The notes: a model not told the origin generated them from the letters alone. A stretch of 64,000 bases of DNA from Actinomycetota bacterium (GCA_036163555.1 JAYZKK010000043.1:877-64876), one strand, 5' to 3'. Positions 39,769 through 49,753 are shown, counted from the stretch's first letter. A program made the numbers and translations.

Positions 39769-41718
39769 GTGACTGAGGCGAATACTGCTGACGAACGTGG
39801 TTCTGTCTCGTTAAATTCGCGCACATCGCAACCGGATCTTGAGTCATTAAACGAGGAACAACGGCTGGCGGTGGAATCCAATGACAGCCCTCTCCGAATT
39901 CTCGCGGGACCCGGCGCTGGCAAGACTCGCGTACTCACTAACCGAATCGCTCGCCGAGTATTCGAAGGTAGCGCCGACGCCCGTCGCGTTCTAGCTTTGA
40001 CCTTCACCCGACGAGCCGCACATGAACTTCGCAGTCGTCTCATCAAGATGGGAATCCGCGATTTAGGAGCGGTCGGTACATTCCACTCCACAGCGTTAGC
40101 CCAAATTCGACAGCATCGCGCAGATCAGGGCAGGCGAGCACCAACTGTGCTTCCCGGTCGTCGTCCTATCCTCACTCAGTTAGCGGGAGATTTTCCCAAA
40201 CTTCATCTCAAAACTGCCGCCATAGAAGTTGATTGGCTGAACTCTCAAAATTTGACGGCTGATGAATACCGCAATGGGCCCGGAAGACTGCGGATCGGAC
40301 AGAGTCAAGCGAACGAGGTAGCTGATCTACAGCGCGCGTTCGCTTCTTATAAAAGCAAACGAGGGTTACTGGACTTCGATGACATTTTGGTTGAGTGCAC
40401 CAATCTGTTGAAATCCGACAAAGCCTTCCGAGATGCGCAGCATTGGGTGTTCCGGCATTTCTTCGTTGATGAATTCCAAGATCTCAACCGAGTCCAGTTT
40501 GATCTATTAACAAGTTGGATCGGGGATCGAACAGATCTGTGTATTGTCGGCGACCCTGATCAGGCGATTTATGGCTGGAACGGAGCGGATTCATCGCTCC
40601 TTTCTGACTTTTGTAACCATTTTCCATCCGCCAAAACAATCTCGTTAGTTGCCAACCATCGAAGTCAGCCTCAAATAATTCGCGCCGCTGACGCTGTTCT
40701 CGAGCGCAGTTCACGAATTACCAACGAACAAGCGATGCTCGGTGAACCTCCGACCACTGATAGCTTCCCCACAGAAGAGGAAGAGGCAGTTGGCATCGCT
40801 CGCTATCTGCGGGACATTCGATTACCTGAAACCCACTGGTCAAGTCACGCCGTGCTCGCCCGCACAAACGAACAACTCGAACTGATAGCCGAGGTTTTTG
40901 GTCGTCTCCAGTTGCCTTACAGATTTCGAAGCCAGGGCGGCATATTCAGACTGCCTGAAGTCAAAGATCTAGTGGACCAACTCTGCGCCACTGACTCTGA
41001 CTTCTCGGCCTTAGCCACCGACTTATTCGACGAATTCGATCACGGTCCACAGAAGCGGATTTCTGAACTGGCACTTCAGTACGCTAAGGAGAATTTTCAC
41101 GCCTCAGGAACCGGGTTTCGTAATTGGATTCGAACCCTCAGACCCGGAGACTTGGACTACCAGGGTGATGGAGTTGATCTAGCAACTTTTCACTCGGCTA
41201 AAGGATTGGAGTGGCCGAGCGTTGTAGTTGCCGGACTTGAGCAGGGACTCGTTCCCATCCGTTCCGACGACTCAGAAGAACGCCGACTGCTCTACGTCGC
41301 TATATCGCGTGCCCAACACAAACTCCACTTAACCTGGGCAAGAACAAGACAGAAAGGCGGACTGGCAGAAAGTCGCGAGCCTTCTCCTTGGCTCGCTCTC
41401 ATCGAGGCCTCAACTCAACATCACGTTGCACCGTCTGGTGATCTCACTGCCCAATATCTTGCGGAAGCTAGGGACCATTTGGATACGGGCCTCCACGATG
41501 AGGTCGAAATTCGCGCTCAGCGGCTACGAGACTGGATAGACCATACGGCTCGGGCTCGTCGTGTTGAACCGTCAGCCTTATTGCCCAACCATCTGATCCC
41601 CGCGGTAGCTGAGAAATTTCCAGTAAGTCTTTCTGAGTTAGCTGAAGTAACGGGGCTTGGCGAAACACGTTTGAGCCGTGTCGGTCCAGAAATACTGAAG
41701 GTCATCGCCACCGACTAA
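39769..41718 (+). CDS. uvrD2: UvrD/Rep helicase with C-terminal HRDC-like domain (UvrD2-like)
   Basis: AGPGAGKT, DEFQD, VGDPDQAIYGWNGA, TFHSAKGLEW, EERRLLYVAISRA, HRDC-like tail. Confidence 0.85.
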   Translation: MTEANTADERGSVSLNSRTSQPDLESLNEEQRLAVESNDSPLRILAGPGAGKTRVLTNRIARRVFEGSADARRVLALTFTRRAAHELRSRLIKMGIRDLGAVGTFHSTALAQIRQHRADQGRRAPTVLPGRRPILTQLAGDFPKLHLKTAAIEVDWLNSQNLTADEYRNGPGRLRIGQSQANEVADLQRAFASYKSKRGLLDFDDILVECTNLLKSDKAFRDAQHWVFRHFFVDEFQDLNRVQFDLLTSWIGDRTDLCIVGDPDQAIYGWNGADSSLLSDFCNHFPSAKTISLVANHRSQPQIIRAADAVLERSSRITNEQAMLGEPPTTDSFPTEEEEAVGIARYLRDIRLPETHWSSHAVLARTNEQLELIAEVFGRLQLPYRFRSQGGIFRLPEVKDLVDQLCATDSDFSALATDLFDEFDHGPQKRISELALQYAKENFHASGTGFRNWIRTLRPGDLDYQGDGVDLATFHSAKGLEWPSVVVAGLEQGLVPIRSDDSEERRLLYVAISRAQHKLHLTWARTRQKGGLAESREPSPWLALIEASTQHHVAPSGDLTAQYLAEARDHLDTGLHDEVEIRAQRLRDWIDHTARARRVEPSALLPNHLIPAVAEKFPVSLSELAEVTGLGETRLSRVGPEILKVIATD

Positions 41719-41748
41719 TAAGCAGGTGCCGTAGATCTGTGTTTTCGA

Positions 41749-42522
41749 CTACGCGTCTATGTCAACGAAAACAGGGGCATGATCTGAGGGCTTCTTGCCC
41801 TTTCTAGCTGTCCTATCAACTAGGCAAAAGGTGGCTCTGTCAACGATTGATCGACTCGCCATCAACAAATCAATACGCAATCCCATTTTTTTGTGGAAGG
41901 CACCATCTCGATAATCCCACCAGGAAAATAGTCCTTCATCTTCATAAAACTCCCGAAAAACGTCAACCAACCCCCAGTCTTGCAGTGTTGCAATCGCATC
42001 TCTCTCTTTCGGCGTCACATGAGTACGGGGTACCTGATTGTCAGGGTCCCACACATCTCGGTCGTCGGGACAAATGTTGTAATCACCGCCCACCAAGATG
42101 GCGTCAGTTGGGTCACAAGTCGCCTTCAGGTGATTCGTTAGACGAGACATCCACGACAGCTTGTAGCGGTAGTGATCGTGGTCAACTTCTCGACCGTTTG
42201 GTACGTAGACAGAAGAGACTCTTACCCCCCGACAAGTCGCCGAGATGATCCGTGCCTCAGGGTCTTCCTCACCTCCATCAGCAAAACCTATAAAGGATTC
42301 TTCTATCCCCACTTTGGACAAAATCGCCACACCGTTCCATCTACCTTCACCTGAATGGACGCTCTCATATCCTCGTTGCGAATAATGGTCATGAGGAAAC
42401 TGGTCTTGAGCCATTTTTGTTTCCTGCAACAGAAGCACGTCGGGAGATGCATAGTCGAGCCACTCATCCACCCGTTCAATTCGAGCATTCAAACTATTCA
42501 CATTCCATGTAGCGATACGCAC
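41749..42522 (-). CDS. xth: exodeoxyribonuclease III
   Basis: MRIATWNVNS, LQETK, VYVPNG, GDYN, FSWWDYR, GLRID, PSDHAPV. Confidence 0.96.
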   Translation of the reverse strand: MRIATWNVNSLNARIERVDEWLDYASPDVLLLQETKMAQDQFPHDHYSQRGYESVHSGEGRWNGVAILSKVGIEESFIGFADGGEEDPEARIISATCRGVRVSSVYVPNGREVDHDHYRYKLSWMSRLTNHLKATCDPTDAILVGGDYNICPDDRDVWDPDNQVPRTHVTPKERDAIATLQDWGLVDVFREFYEDEGLFSWWDYRDGAFHKKMGLRIDLLMASRSIVDRATFCLVDRTARKGKKPSDHAPVFVDIDA

Positions 42523-42556
42523 ATCTCGAATCTAGCTCCAGCTAGCCTCCTCGCTC

Positions 42557-43213
42557 GTGAAGAAAGATTCATTAATTACTGCTGTGCTATTTGATTTCGG
42601 CGGAGTCATAACGACCAGTCCTTTCGAAGCGTTCGCTCAATATGAGGCAGAAAGCGGCTTGCCACCCGATTCAATTCGACAAATCAACTCAACTAACCCC
42701 GATGACAACGCATGGGCCAAGATGGAGCGGAGCGAGGTGACGCTTCCCGAGTTCTGTCAGCTCTTCGAAGCTGAAGCAAGGTCCGTAGGGCTGGAACTAT
42801 CTGGTGAGCGAGTCTTGGGATGTCTTAGCGGGGATATAAGACCCCAAATGGTTCGCGCTCTTGAAATTCTCAAGGAGCAAGTCCCTATCGGTTGTATTAC
42901 GAACAACATGAAATCGGGTCATGGGTCAGGAATGTCAAGGACTCCCGACCAAGCCGCATCCATCGCCGAAATAATGAAAATGTTCGAAGTGGTAGTTGAG
43001 TCGGCAAAAGTCGGCATCAGAAAGCCCGACCCTCGAATTTACGAAATGGCCTGTAGTGAATTGAAAGTTGACCCCAGAAATTGTGCCTATCTTGATGACC
43101 TTGGTATTAACTGCAAGCCTGCCGCGAACCTAGGGATGACGGCCATCAAGGTCATCGACCCTGACAAAGCGCTTGATGCTCTCGAGCAGGCAGTTGGCTT
43201 TTCGTTGCGTTGA
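42557..43213 (+). CDS. HAD-superfamily (subfamily IA) hydrolase
   Basis: AVLFDFGGVI, ITNN, ESAKVGIRKPDPRIY, YLDDLGINCKPA. Confidence 0.88.
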   Translation: MKKDSLITAVLFDFGGVITTSPFEAFAQYEAESGLPPDSIRQINSTNPDDNAWAKMERSEVTLPEFCQLFEAEARSVGLELSGERVLGCLSGDIRPQMVRALEILKEQVPIGCITNNMKSGHGSGMSRTPDQAASIAEIMKMFEVVVESAKVGIRKPDPRIYEMACSELKVDPRNCAYLDDLGINCKPAANLGMTAIKVIDPDKALDALEQAVGFSLR

Positions 43214-43278
43214 CTCGATTTGGCTTAGGTTTCAGAACGTTTATGATCCATCGTCTCGTCTCACAGAAGAACAAATAA

Positions 43279-44952
43279 ATGGCATCTGAGTTCATCTTCA
43301 CAATGCGAAATCTAGGGCGGTTTTATCCTCCCGATCGAGAAGTGTTGAAAGACGTAACACTCGCGTTTTATCCAGGGGCCAAAATTGGGGTCCTCGGACA
43401 CAACGGCGCTGGTAAATCCTCAGTATTGAGGATCATGGCTGGCATTGACGACGGGTTTACGGGAGAGGCACGACTTTCGCCAGGTTTCTCGGTCGGTCTT
43501 CTTGACCAAGAACCGAAACTGAACGAAAGCAAGAACGTCTATGACAACGTCATGGAAGGCGTCGCCGAGACCCAATCCCTTATTGACCGTTACAACGAAG
43601 TTCTAGCGATGTGGGGAGACCCTGACGCGGACCTTGATCAAGTCGGGTCAATGCAAGCCGAACTAGAAGACCAAATCCAATCATCGAACGCATGGGACTT
43701 GGAACGTCAGGTTGAGATCGCAATGGACGCTCTACGAGTTCCTTCGAGCGATACAGCGGTCTCTACACTTTCCGGGGGTGAGCGGCGAAGGGTGGCTTTA
43801 TGTCGACTGCTGCTCGCTCACCCCGACCTCCTGCTATTAGATGAGCCCACGAATCATCTAGATGCAGAGTCCGTCGCTTGGCTGGAGCGTTTTCTGAAGG
43901 ATTACGAGGGCACCGTGGTATCAGTAACCCACGATCGTTATTTCCTAGACAACGTTGCTGGTTGGATTCTCGAACTCGACCACGGAAATGCCTACCCTTA
44001 CGAAGGCAACTACAGCGGTTGGCTAGAACAAAAACAGGCCAGGCTCGCTTCAGAGGAGCGCCAATCTAACGCTCGACAAAGGACCTTGGCGCAAGAACTT
44101 GAATGGGTGCGACTTTCCCCTCGCGCTCGACAAGCAAAGAGCAAGGCCCGACTGTCCGCCTACGACGAGCTTCTAGCTGAACATGAGGCCGGTGAACATC
44201 GGGACGAGAAACTCGAACTAAGCATTCCAATGAATCGCAGACTCGGTGATCAAGTAATCGAGCTGACGAACGTCAACAAAGGCTTCGGTGATCGACTCCT
44301 GATTGAAGATCTGTCGTTCATCCTGCCCCCAGCTGGAATCGTGGGAGTCGTCGGTGCCAACGGTGCAGGCAAAACAACTCTCTTCCGTATGATCACCGGC
44401 GAGGAACAGGCTGACACCGGTGACATCACTATCGGAACCACAGTGGATTTGGCCTATGTCGATCAATCTCGAGATGAGTTGCGATCTGAGTTAACCGTCT
44501 ACGAGGAAATAACCGACGGCCTGGACATCGTCCAAGTTGGAAATCGGGAGGTTAATGGCCGAAGCTACGTCGCATCTTTCAATTTCAAAGGTCCGGATCA
44601 GCAAAAGAAAGTGGGAGATCTGTCAGGAGGCGAAAGAAACAGGGTTCAGTTAGCGAAGGTGCTCAAGACGGGGGGCAATGTGTTGCTTCTTGATGAACCG
44701 ACCAACGATTTAGATGTAGACACGCTCCGTGCCCTTGAGACGGGATTAGAAGCCTTCCCCGGATGTGCCGTTGTGATCAGCCACGACCGGTGGTTTCTTG
44801 ACCGTATTGCCACACACGTGTTGGCGTTCGAAGGAGATAGTCAAGTTCGTTGGTTTGAGGGCAACTTCTCCGAGTATGAGGAATTTCGCCTACGTGAATT
44901 CGGTGATGAAGTAGGACCGAAACCAATTAAGTACAAGCCTTTAGCTCGATAA
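43279..44952 (+). CDS. ettA: energy-dependent translational throttle protein EttA (ABC-F)
   Basis: FYPGAKIGVLGHNGAGKS, LSGGERRRVALC, DEPTNHLDAESV, ELEWVR..PRARQAKSKARL, second ABC domain, FEGNFSEYE. Confidence 0.95.
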   Translation: MASEFIFTMRNLGRFYPPDREVLKDVTLAFYPGAKIGVLGHNGAGKSSVLRIMAGIDDGFTGEARLSPGFSVGLLDQEPKLNESKNVYDNVMEGVAETQSLIDRYNEVLAMWGDPDADLDQVGSMQAELEDQIQSSNAWDLERQVEIAMDALRVPSSDTAVSTLSGGERRRVALCRLLLAHPDLLLLDEPTNHLDAESVAWLERFLKDYEGTVVSVTHDRYFLDNVAGWILELDHGNAYPYEGNYSGWLEQKQARLASEERQSNARQRTLAQELEWVRLSPRARQAKSKARLSAYDELLAEHEAGEHRDEKLELSIPMNRRLGDQVIELTNVNKGFGDRLLIEDLSFILPPAGIVGVVGANGAGKTTLFRMITGEEQADTGDITIGTTVDLAYVDQSRDELRSELTVYEEITDGLDIVQVGNREVNGRSYVASFNFKGPDQQKKVGDLSGGERNRVQLAKVLKTGGNVLLLDEPTNDLDVDTLRALETGLEAFPGCAVVISHDRWFLDRIATHVLAFEGDSQVRWFEGNFSEYEEFRLREFGDEVGPKPIKYKPLAR

Positions 44953-45099
44953 TCGCGCGATCCGCGCGAAATCGAACCTTCATCACCTCTACCTCTCTTC
45001 CATCTAAACGCGCGATTCGCGCGAATTTAAGCCTTATGCGCGCGATCCGCGCGAGAAATTCGCGCGAATCGCGCGAATATCCACCTCTTTCGCGCGATA
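44951..45099. repeat. intergenic array of nine NCGCGCGA motifs (four 9-bp-spaced dyads plus one single) with nested inverted and direct repeats
   Basis: 8-mers start at 44953, 44962, 45008, 45017, 45038, 45047, 45060, 45069, 45090; perfect 20-bp inverted repeat 45009-45028/45056-45075; exact 16-bp direct repeat 44954-44969/45039-45054. Confidence 0.92.
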
Positions 45100-45152
45100 A
45101 GTGACTAAGTTGCCATTCGCACTCATAGTGACCTGTCAACAGGAGACAAACC

Positions 45153-45398
45153 GTGGCCACCAAATCAGCGACAAAGACAAAGAAGAAGTGGCGAAGCAGA
45201 GCAGTAACACGGACAGTTGACGCTGGAAATTCAGCCTATTGCGCCGTCTGCGACGAACTAATCAAATTTCGAGCTCGAATTCGAGCCGACCAAATCATTT
45301 GCAACGTCTACGTAGCTAACAAATGGGACCGCGTAGAGCATTTCCACCCAGAGTGCTACAAAAAAGCGAAAGCGCCATACGGGAAACCGGCTGATTGA
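45153..45398 (+). CDS. small basic protein with a PARP-type-like zinc finger (C-x2-C-x31-H-x2-C)
   Basis: AYCAVCDELIKF...HFHPECY; AGGAG SD at 45141-45145; Lys/Arg-rich N-terminus. Confidence 0.8.
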   Translation: MATKSATKTKKKWRSRAVTRTVDAGNSAYCAVCDELIKFRARIRADQIICNVYVANKWDRVEHFHPECYKKAKAPYGKPAD

Positions 45399-45417
45399 TT
45401 TTCCAAACGGTTTCAGA

Positions 45418-46197
45418 TCACAAGATCTGACTCAAGAAGAGTTTGGTTCGATCTTCGGTCGGGTTAGTGAAGAAATGCTCAGGCGTCCCTACCTCAACGA
45501 TTTCTCCACCTTCCATGAACATGATCCTGTCCGCAACCTCGCGAGCAAAGCCCATCTCGTGGGTAACGACCATCATCGTAATTCCCGAATGCGCCAGTTC
45601 TTTCATTACATCAAGAACTTCCTTGATCATCTCAGGATCAAGCGCAGATGTCGGTTCATCGAAGAGCATTACCCGAGGTTCCATCGCTAGTGATCGTGCT
45701 ATAGCCACCCGCTGCTGCTGCCCACCTGAAAGCTGACCTGGGAACTTCTCTGCTTGCTCCGGGATACCTACTCGTTCAAGCAACGCTCGAGCCATACTCT
45801 CAGCTTCACCTCTGGGCTTCTTGCGTACCCATATCGGTGCAAGAGTGATGTTGTCCAAGACCGTCAAGTGAGGAAAGAGATTGAACTGCTGAAAGACCAT
45901 GCCAACTTCAGACCGAATTTTTTCAATGTTGCGAAGGTCGTTGGTCAGTTCAATACCATCAACAACGATGTCGCCACCTTGATGCACTTCCAGCCTGTTG
46001 ATACAGCGAATCCACGTGCTCTTTCCAGAACCAGAAGGGCCACACACCACAGCGACTTCGCCTTCTTTGATCGTCGCCGTTACACCCTTTAGCGCTTGAA
46101 AATCACCGTAGAACTTGTCGACATCTACGCAAACGATCATGTCGTCGCGATCCGCCAGTCTGTCGTTAGCAGCGGTAGTTGCGTCATCTATGTTCAT
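45418..46197 (-). CDS. aapP: amino-acid ABC transporter ATP-binding protein (AapP/BztD-like)
   Basis: [45 protein letters not shown]. Confidence 0.85.
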   Translation of the reverse strand: MNIDDATTAANDRLADRDDMIVCVDVDKFYGDFQALKGVTATIKEGEVAVVCGPSGSGKSTWIRCINRLEVHQGGDIVVDGIELTNDLRNIEKIRSEVGMVFQQFNLFPHLTVLDNITLAPIWVRKKPRGEAESMARALLERVGIPEQAEKFPGQLSGGQQQRVAIARSLAMEPRVMLFDEPTSALDPEMIKEVLDVMKELAHSGITMMVVTHEMGFAREVADRIMFMEGGEIVEVGTPEHFFTNPTEDRTKLFLSQIL

Positions 46198-46237
46198 GAT
46201 TCTTTGCTCCCAATCTGAGAGTTAAATGGACGGGTCA

Positions 46238-48160
46238 TCATCTTTCTCCAAGCCCAACTCGGCGCTCAAGGCGCTGACTGTATTTGGAGATAATGAAATT
46301 AAAGAAGAAATAAATCATCGCTACAACGAGAATGCCTTCCCGCTTCACACCCATAAATTCGCTCTGAGCCGGGATGACGGAGTTAGCAACTCGCAAGAAA
46401 TCAAAGAGGCCAATAATTGCCAGGAGCGACGTTTCTTTAAACGAGGAGATGACCTGGCCCACGAGCTGCGGAATCGAGACCGTCAGCGCCTGGGGCAGGA
46501 CAATAAACCCTGTTCGTTGCGCAGATGTTAAGCCAATCGCATCGGCCGCTTCATATTGACCTTTGGTAATCGACTGCAGGCCACCTCTGACATTCTCTGC
46601 CAGATACGCCGCCGAGAACAACGTGTATCCAGTCAAGACAGCTGCAAGTTCCGCTAGCTCCATTCCGTCAGGCAAAAAGAGCGGAACCATGACCGAAAAG
46701 AAAATTAGAACACTGATGAGGGGGACGCCACGAATGACTTCTATGTAGCTAGTCGACAACATGCGGAAAATCGGGAACTTAGAAGTGCGACCCAAAGCCA
46801 GCAGTACCCCCAGGGGAAACGACAGGATCACAACGATGACCGCTACGAAAAGCGTGAGTCCCAAGCCGCCCAGGAACTCCGTCGACTGGAGATCAACAGT
46901 CGACGGAGTGTTGATCATGGTCGCTAGATAGTGGACTAGCGTCATAACACCCAACCAGCCAAGAACCAGCTGCCGTCGCTTAGCAACTTCCCCAATGAAG
47001 TTGGGAGCAAGCAATGCCGCTAACGCCAAGAGCAAGAAACTGATCCTGGCTTTTTGAAGCATCGGGTACCAGCCAAAGAACGCTGCTACCCAATTAAAGA
47101 CGGCAAACACCAATAGGGCCGTGGCCGCTACTCGGCCAACCTCTCCGATGTTGCTTCGGGTCAATAGCCAGAGAACCGCGCCGCCCAGAAGCCCAAATGC
47201 AAGACCCATCGGCAAATCAGTTGAGATCACATGGCCATAATCCAAAGCTGGGTCTCGCAGCACAACCCAGAAAAGAGCGAAGGGACTAATCAGCCAAAGC
47301 ATGTTGCTGCCAGCCTTCGCCATGCCGACATACCGACTTGAACGAAGGAACCTACCGACGAGAAACGCCAGACCAAGAAGTACCCACATCACCGTCCAAG
47401 GCATCTGCGTCGAAAACGCAACTGTCCTACCTGATTCAGCGATATAAGACTTCGTCTCAGAGATAAACGCGTAATGCCCATAAGGCACTACCCAAAGACT
47501 CAATATCAATAAGCCGATTCCCACGAAGACAACCGAAGTAATCGGTAACTCTGCACGCGGTCTTCGCCCGCGGACAGGCCTGCTGAACCTACTCCACAGC
47601 CCCGCTCCAGTGGCCAACAAAATAACTGCTGCAATCCACCAGCCGGATCGATCCACCATGGCATCCACGAAGGATTCACGTAGCGGGGACCCTTCAACCG
47701 TGCGAACGACCTTTCCGTCGGTACCGATGATCACGCTGGGTTCGCGAACGATCACACAAATCGCTATCAAGCCGCCAGCGCCCATAAACCAAGTAGCAAG
47801 TCGCCTTACCTGTACCCCACCCCAGTCGGACCAGATACCAGCACTCATTCCCGCCAGTCCGACAACAAACCCCAGAGAGACCCAGACCCGAACATATTGA
47901 GATTCAGGGTAGGAAAGGGTCATGAGAGCCCGAAGATTGGTTCGGACGGCAACCCACTCCCGATTCTCGCTGAAGACAAAATTCAACACCCCGCGCAGCA
48001 TCAAAAATGCGGCGAATAGTCCCAAGATGGTCAGAATCGCATTGGCCCAATTGGAAAAGAGATTTTTTCTGAGCCATTGACCCACCGGCAGATTGGGGGC
48101 TTCGTGAGGCGAACCCTGTTCCTCTTTCAAAGCGACCGAAATTGGATCTTCTTCTGACAT
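46238..48160 (-). CDS. aapM: amino-acid ABC transporter permease (AapM/BztC-like, enlarged)
   Basis: WLRKNLFS, IEVIRGVPLI, SAYLAENVRGGLQSI..GQYEAADAIGL, FKETSL. Confidence 0.8.
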   Translation of the reverse strand: MSEEDPISVALKEEQGSPHEAPNLPVGQWLRKNLFSNWANAILTILGLFAAFLMLRGVLNFVFSENREWVAVRTNLRALMTLSYPESQYVRVWVSLGFVVGLAGMSAGIWSDWGGVQVRRLATWFMGAGGLIAICVIVREPSVIIGTDGKVVRTVEGSPLRESFVDAMVDRSGWWIAAVILLATGAGLWSRFSRPVRGRRPRAELPITSVVFVGIGLLILSLWVVPYGHYAFISETKSYIAESGRTVAFSTQMPWTVMWVLLGLAFLVGRFLRSSRYVGMAKAGSNMLWLISPFALFWVVLRDPALDYGHVISTDLPMGLAFGLLGGAVLWLLTRSNIGEVGRVAATALLVFAVFNWVAAFFGWYPMLQKARISFLLLALAALLAPNFIGEVAKRRQLVLGWLGVMTLVHYLATMINTPSTVDLQSTEFLGGLGLTLFVAVIVVILSFPLGVLLALGRTSKFPIFRMLSTSYIEVIRGVPLISVLIFFSVMVPLFLPDGMELAELAAVLTGYTLFSAAYLAENVRGGLQSITKGQYEAADAIGLTSAQRTGFIVLPQALTVSIPQLVGQVISSFKETSLLAIIGLFDFLRVANSVIPAQSEFMGVKREGILVVAMIYFFFNFIISKYSQRLERRVGLGER

Positions 48161-48161
48161 G

Positions 48162-49688
48162 TCAGCGTTCCACGATCTTCATACGGACGTTAAAGAAATT
48201 GACAATCACCGATATGGACAGAGAACACGAGAGGTAAAAGAACATCCATATAGAAACAACTGGCAAGGTCTTACCCGTCTGGTTGTATACCGTCTGACCA
48301 ACTTGGACGATGTCGCTGTATCCCACAGCGATAGCAAGCGACGTGTTCTTGGTGAGGTTCAGATATTGATTACCTAGGGGCGGCAACATGACTCGCAACG
48401 CCTGAGGAATGATGACTCTGCGCAATGCCGTCGAACGGCGAAGTCCGAGCGACGCCGCGGCTTCAGTTTGACCTTTCGGTACCGCCAGTATCCCTCCACG
48501 GACAATCTCAGCAACAAAGGCCGCTGTGTAGAACACGACACCGAAAAATACGGCGGCAAAGCCGATGGAAAAGTTCAGTCCCGAAGGCCCGTAATTCGGA
48601 AACTTTCCACTTTGAACGATGTTGGGCAAATCGACGTCAAACGGTCGACCGGTTCGACCGTTCCCGAATTTGTTGCCCAGAACTTCGAAAAGGTCGCTAG
48701 CCGAATTGATCATCCAACTCGAAAGTCCGGGCCATAGCACCAAGAAGAAAACGGCTCCTATGACCCCCCCGACCGCTGCGAAAATCATTCGGAAGTAATC
48801 GTCATCAGTCAATTTCGCCAAACCGGCAGGAGTGCGTCGACTGTTAAGAAAGCTACGAATCCAATATGCACTGGCTCCTACACATAAAACCCCAATAACC
48901 AGTTGGAGAACCGTCTCAGGCACCGACGAGACCGCTGACGACAGCGTTTCAAAGATCTTCCCTACGAAGCCGAAGATTGGGTGAACAAACCAGCCGATAA
49001 TTCCGAAGACGACGATCAGTCCAAATGCGCTGAGAATTGGGTACGTTTCTTCACCGGTCGCGTCTTGTTGCGCTATGCGACGTTTGCGAAGGAAGTTAGC
49101 TGCGACCAGGCCGATCAATAAGACGATCATCCACTGATAGAAACCGTCTGCGATATGGGCCCTCGGCATTGAGAGACCTTTATTAGAGATATGGAGCCAC
49201 CCATTGATCGGGCCGACATCAGTAGTTACACGATCCAAACTGGCAAAAACGGCACCGTAAAAGAGAATTTGCACTAACAACGGGACATTTCGAAGAGTCT
49301 CCACGAAGACTGTCCCTATCTTTTTCAGCAACCAGTTATTCGAAAGTCTTGCTAATCCGACGATTACACCCAAGATCGTCGCCACGAGAATACCGGCAAT
49401 GGCCATACGTAAGGTGTTGACCATTCCCACCCATAGTGCTCTACCTCCGGTGTCAGGATCAGTATCGATCCCCGAAGAAAGATCGATGCCAGGATTAACG
49501 GACAAGAAGTCGTAGTCCGTGGGCACATTGGAGGCCCTGAGGTTGTCACCCGCTTGGTTGGCTAGAAACCACAGGGCACCAAGGGTCAATAATAGGGCAA
49601 CGATTTGCACGACCCACTTGACCACCGTGACATCTCTGTACAGCGGGGGGCGCTCATGATGAATTGACGGCGGGGCAGTACTTGCCAC
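48162..49688 (-). CDS. aapQ: amino-acid ABC transporter permease (AapQ/BztB-like)
   Basis: ARLSNNWL, RNVPLLVQ, AEIVRGGILAVPKGQTEAA, QYLNLTKNTSLA. Confidence 0.82.
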   Translation of the reverse strand: MASTAPPSIHHERPPLYRDVTVVKWVVQIVALLLTLGALWFLANQAGDNLRASNVPTDYDFLSVNPGIDLSSGIDTDPDTGGRALWVGMVNTLRMAIAGILVATILGVIVGLARLSNNWLLKKIGTVFVETLRNVPLLVQILFYGAVFASLDRVTTDVGPINGWLHISNKGLSMPRAHIADGFYQWMIVLLIGLVAANFLRKRRIAQQDATGEETYPILSAFGLIVVFGIIGWFVHPIFGFVGKIFETLSSAVSSVPETVLQLVIGVLCVGASAYWIRSFLNSRRTPAGLAKLTDDDYFRMIFAAVGGVIGAVFFLVLWPGLSSWMINSASDLFEVLGNKFGNGRTGRPFDVDLPNIVQSGKFPNYGPSGLNFSIGFAAVFFGVVFYTAAFVAEIVRGGILAVPKGQTEAAASLGLRRSTALRRVIIPQALRVMLPPLGNQYLNLTKNTSLAIAVGYSDIVQVGQTVYNQTGKTLPVVSIWMFFYLSCSLSISVIVNFFNVRMKIVER

Positions 49689-49753
49689 TAGGTGATTTCC
49701 CTCTCAGATATACACGACAGCTCTAGGTCATCAATCGTTCAGCCTAGAGGCAG

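Noticed and set aside
44951-45099. CRISPR array interpretation of the CGCGCGA repeats
   Set aside because: Units are 8-18 bp with irregular short spacers, and there are no cas genes in the window
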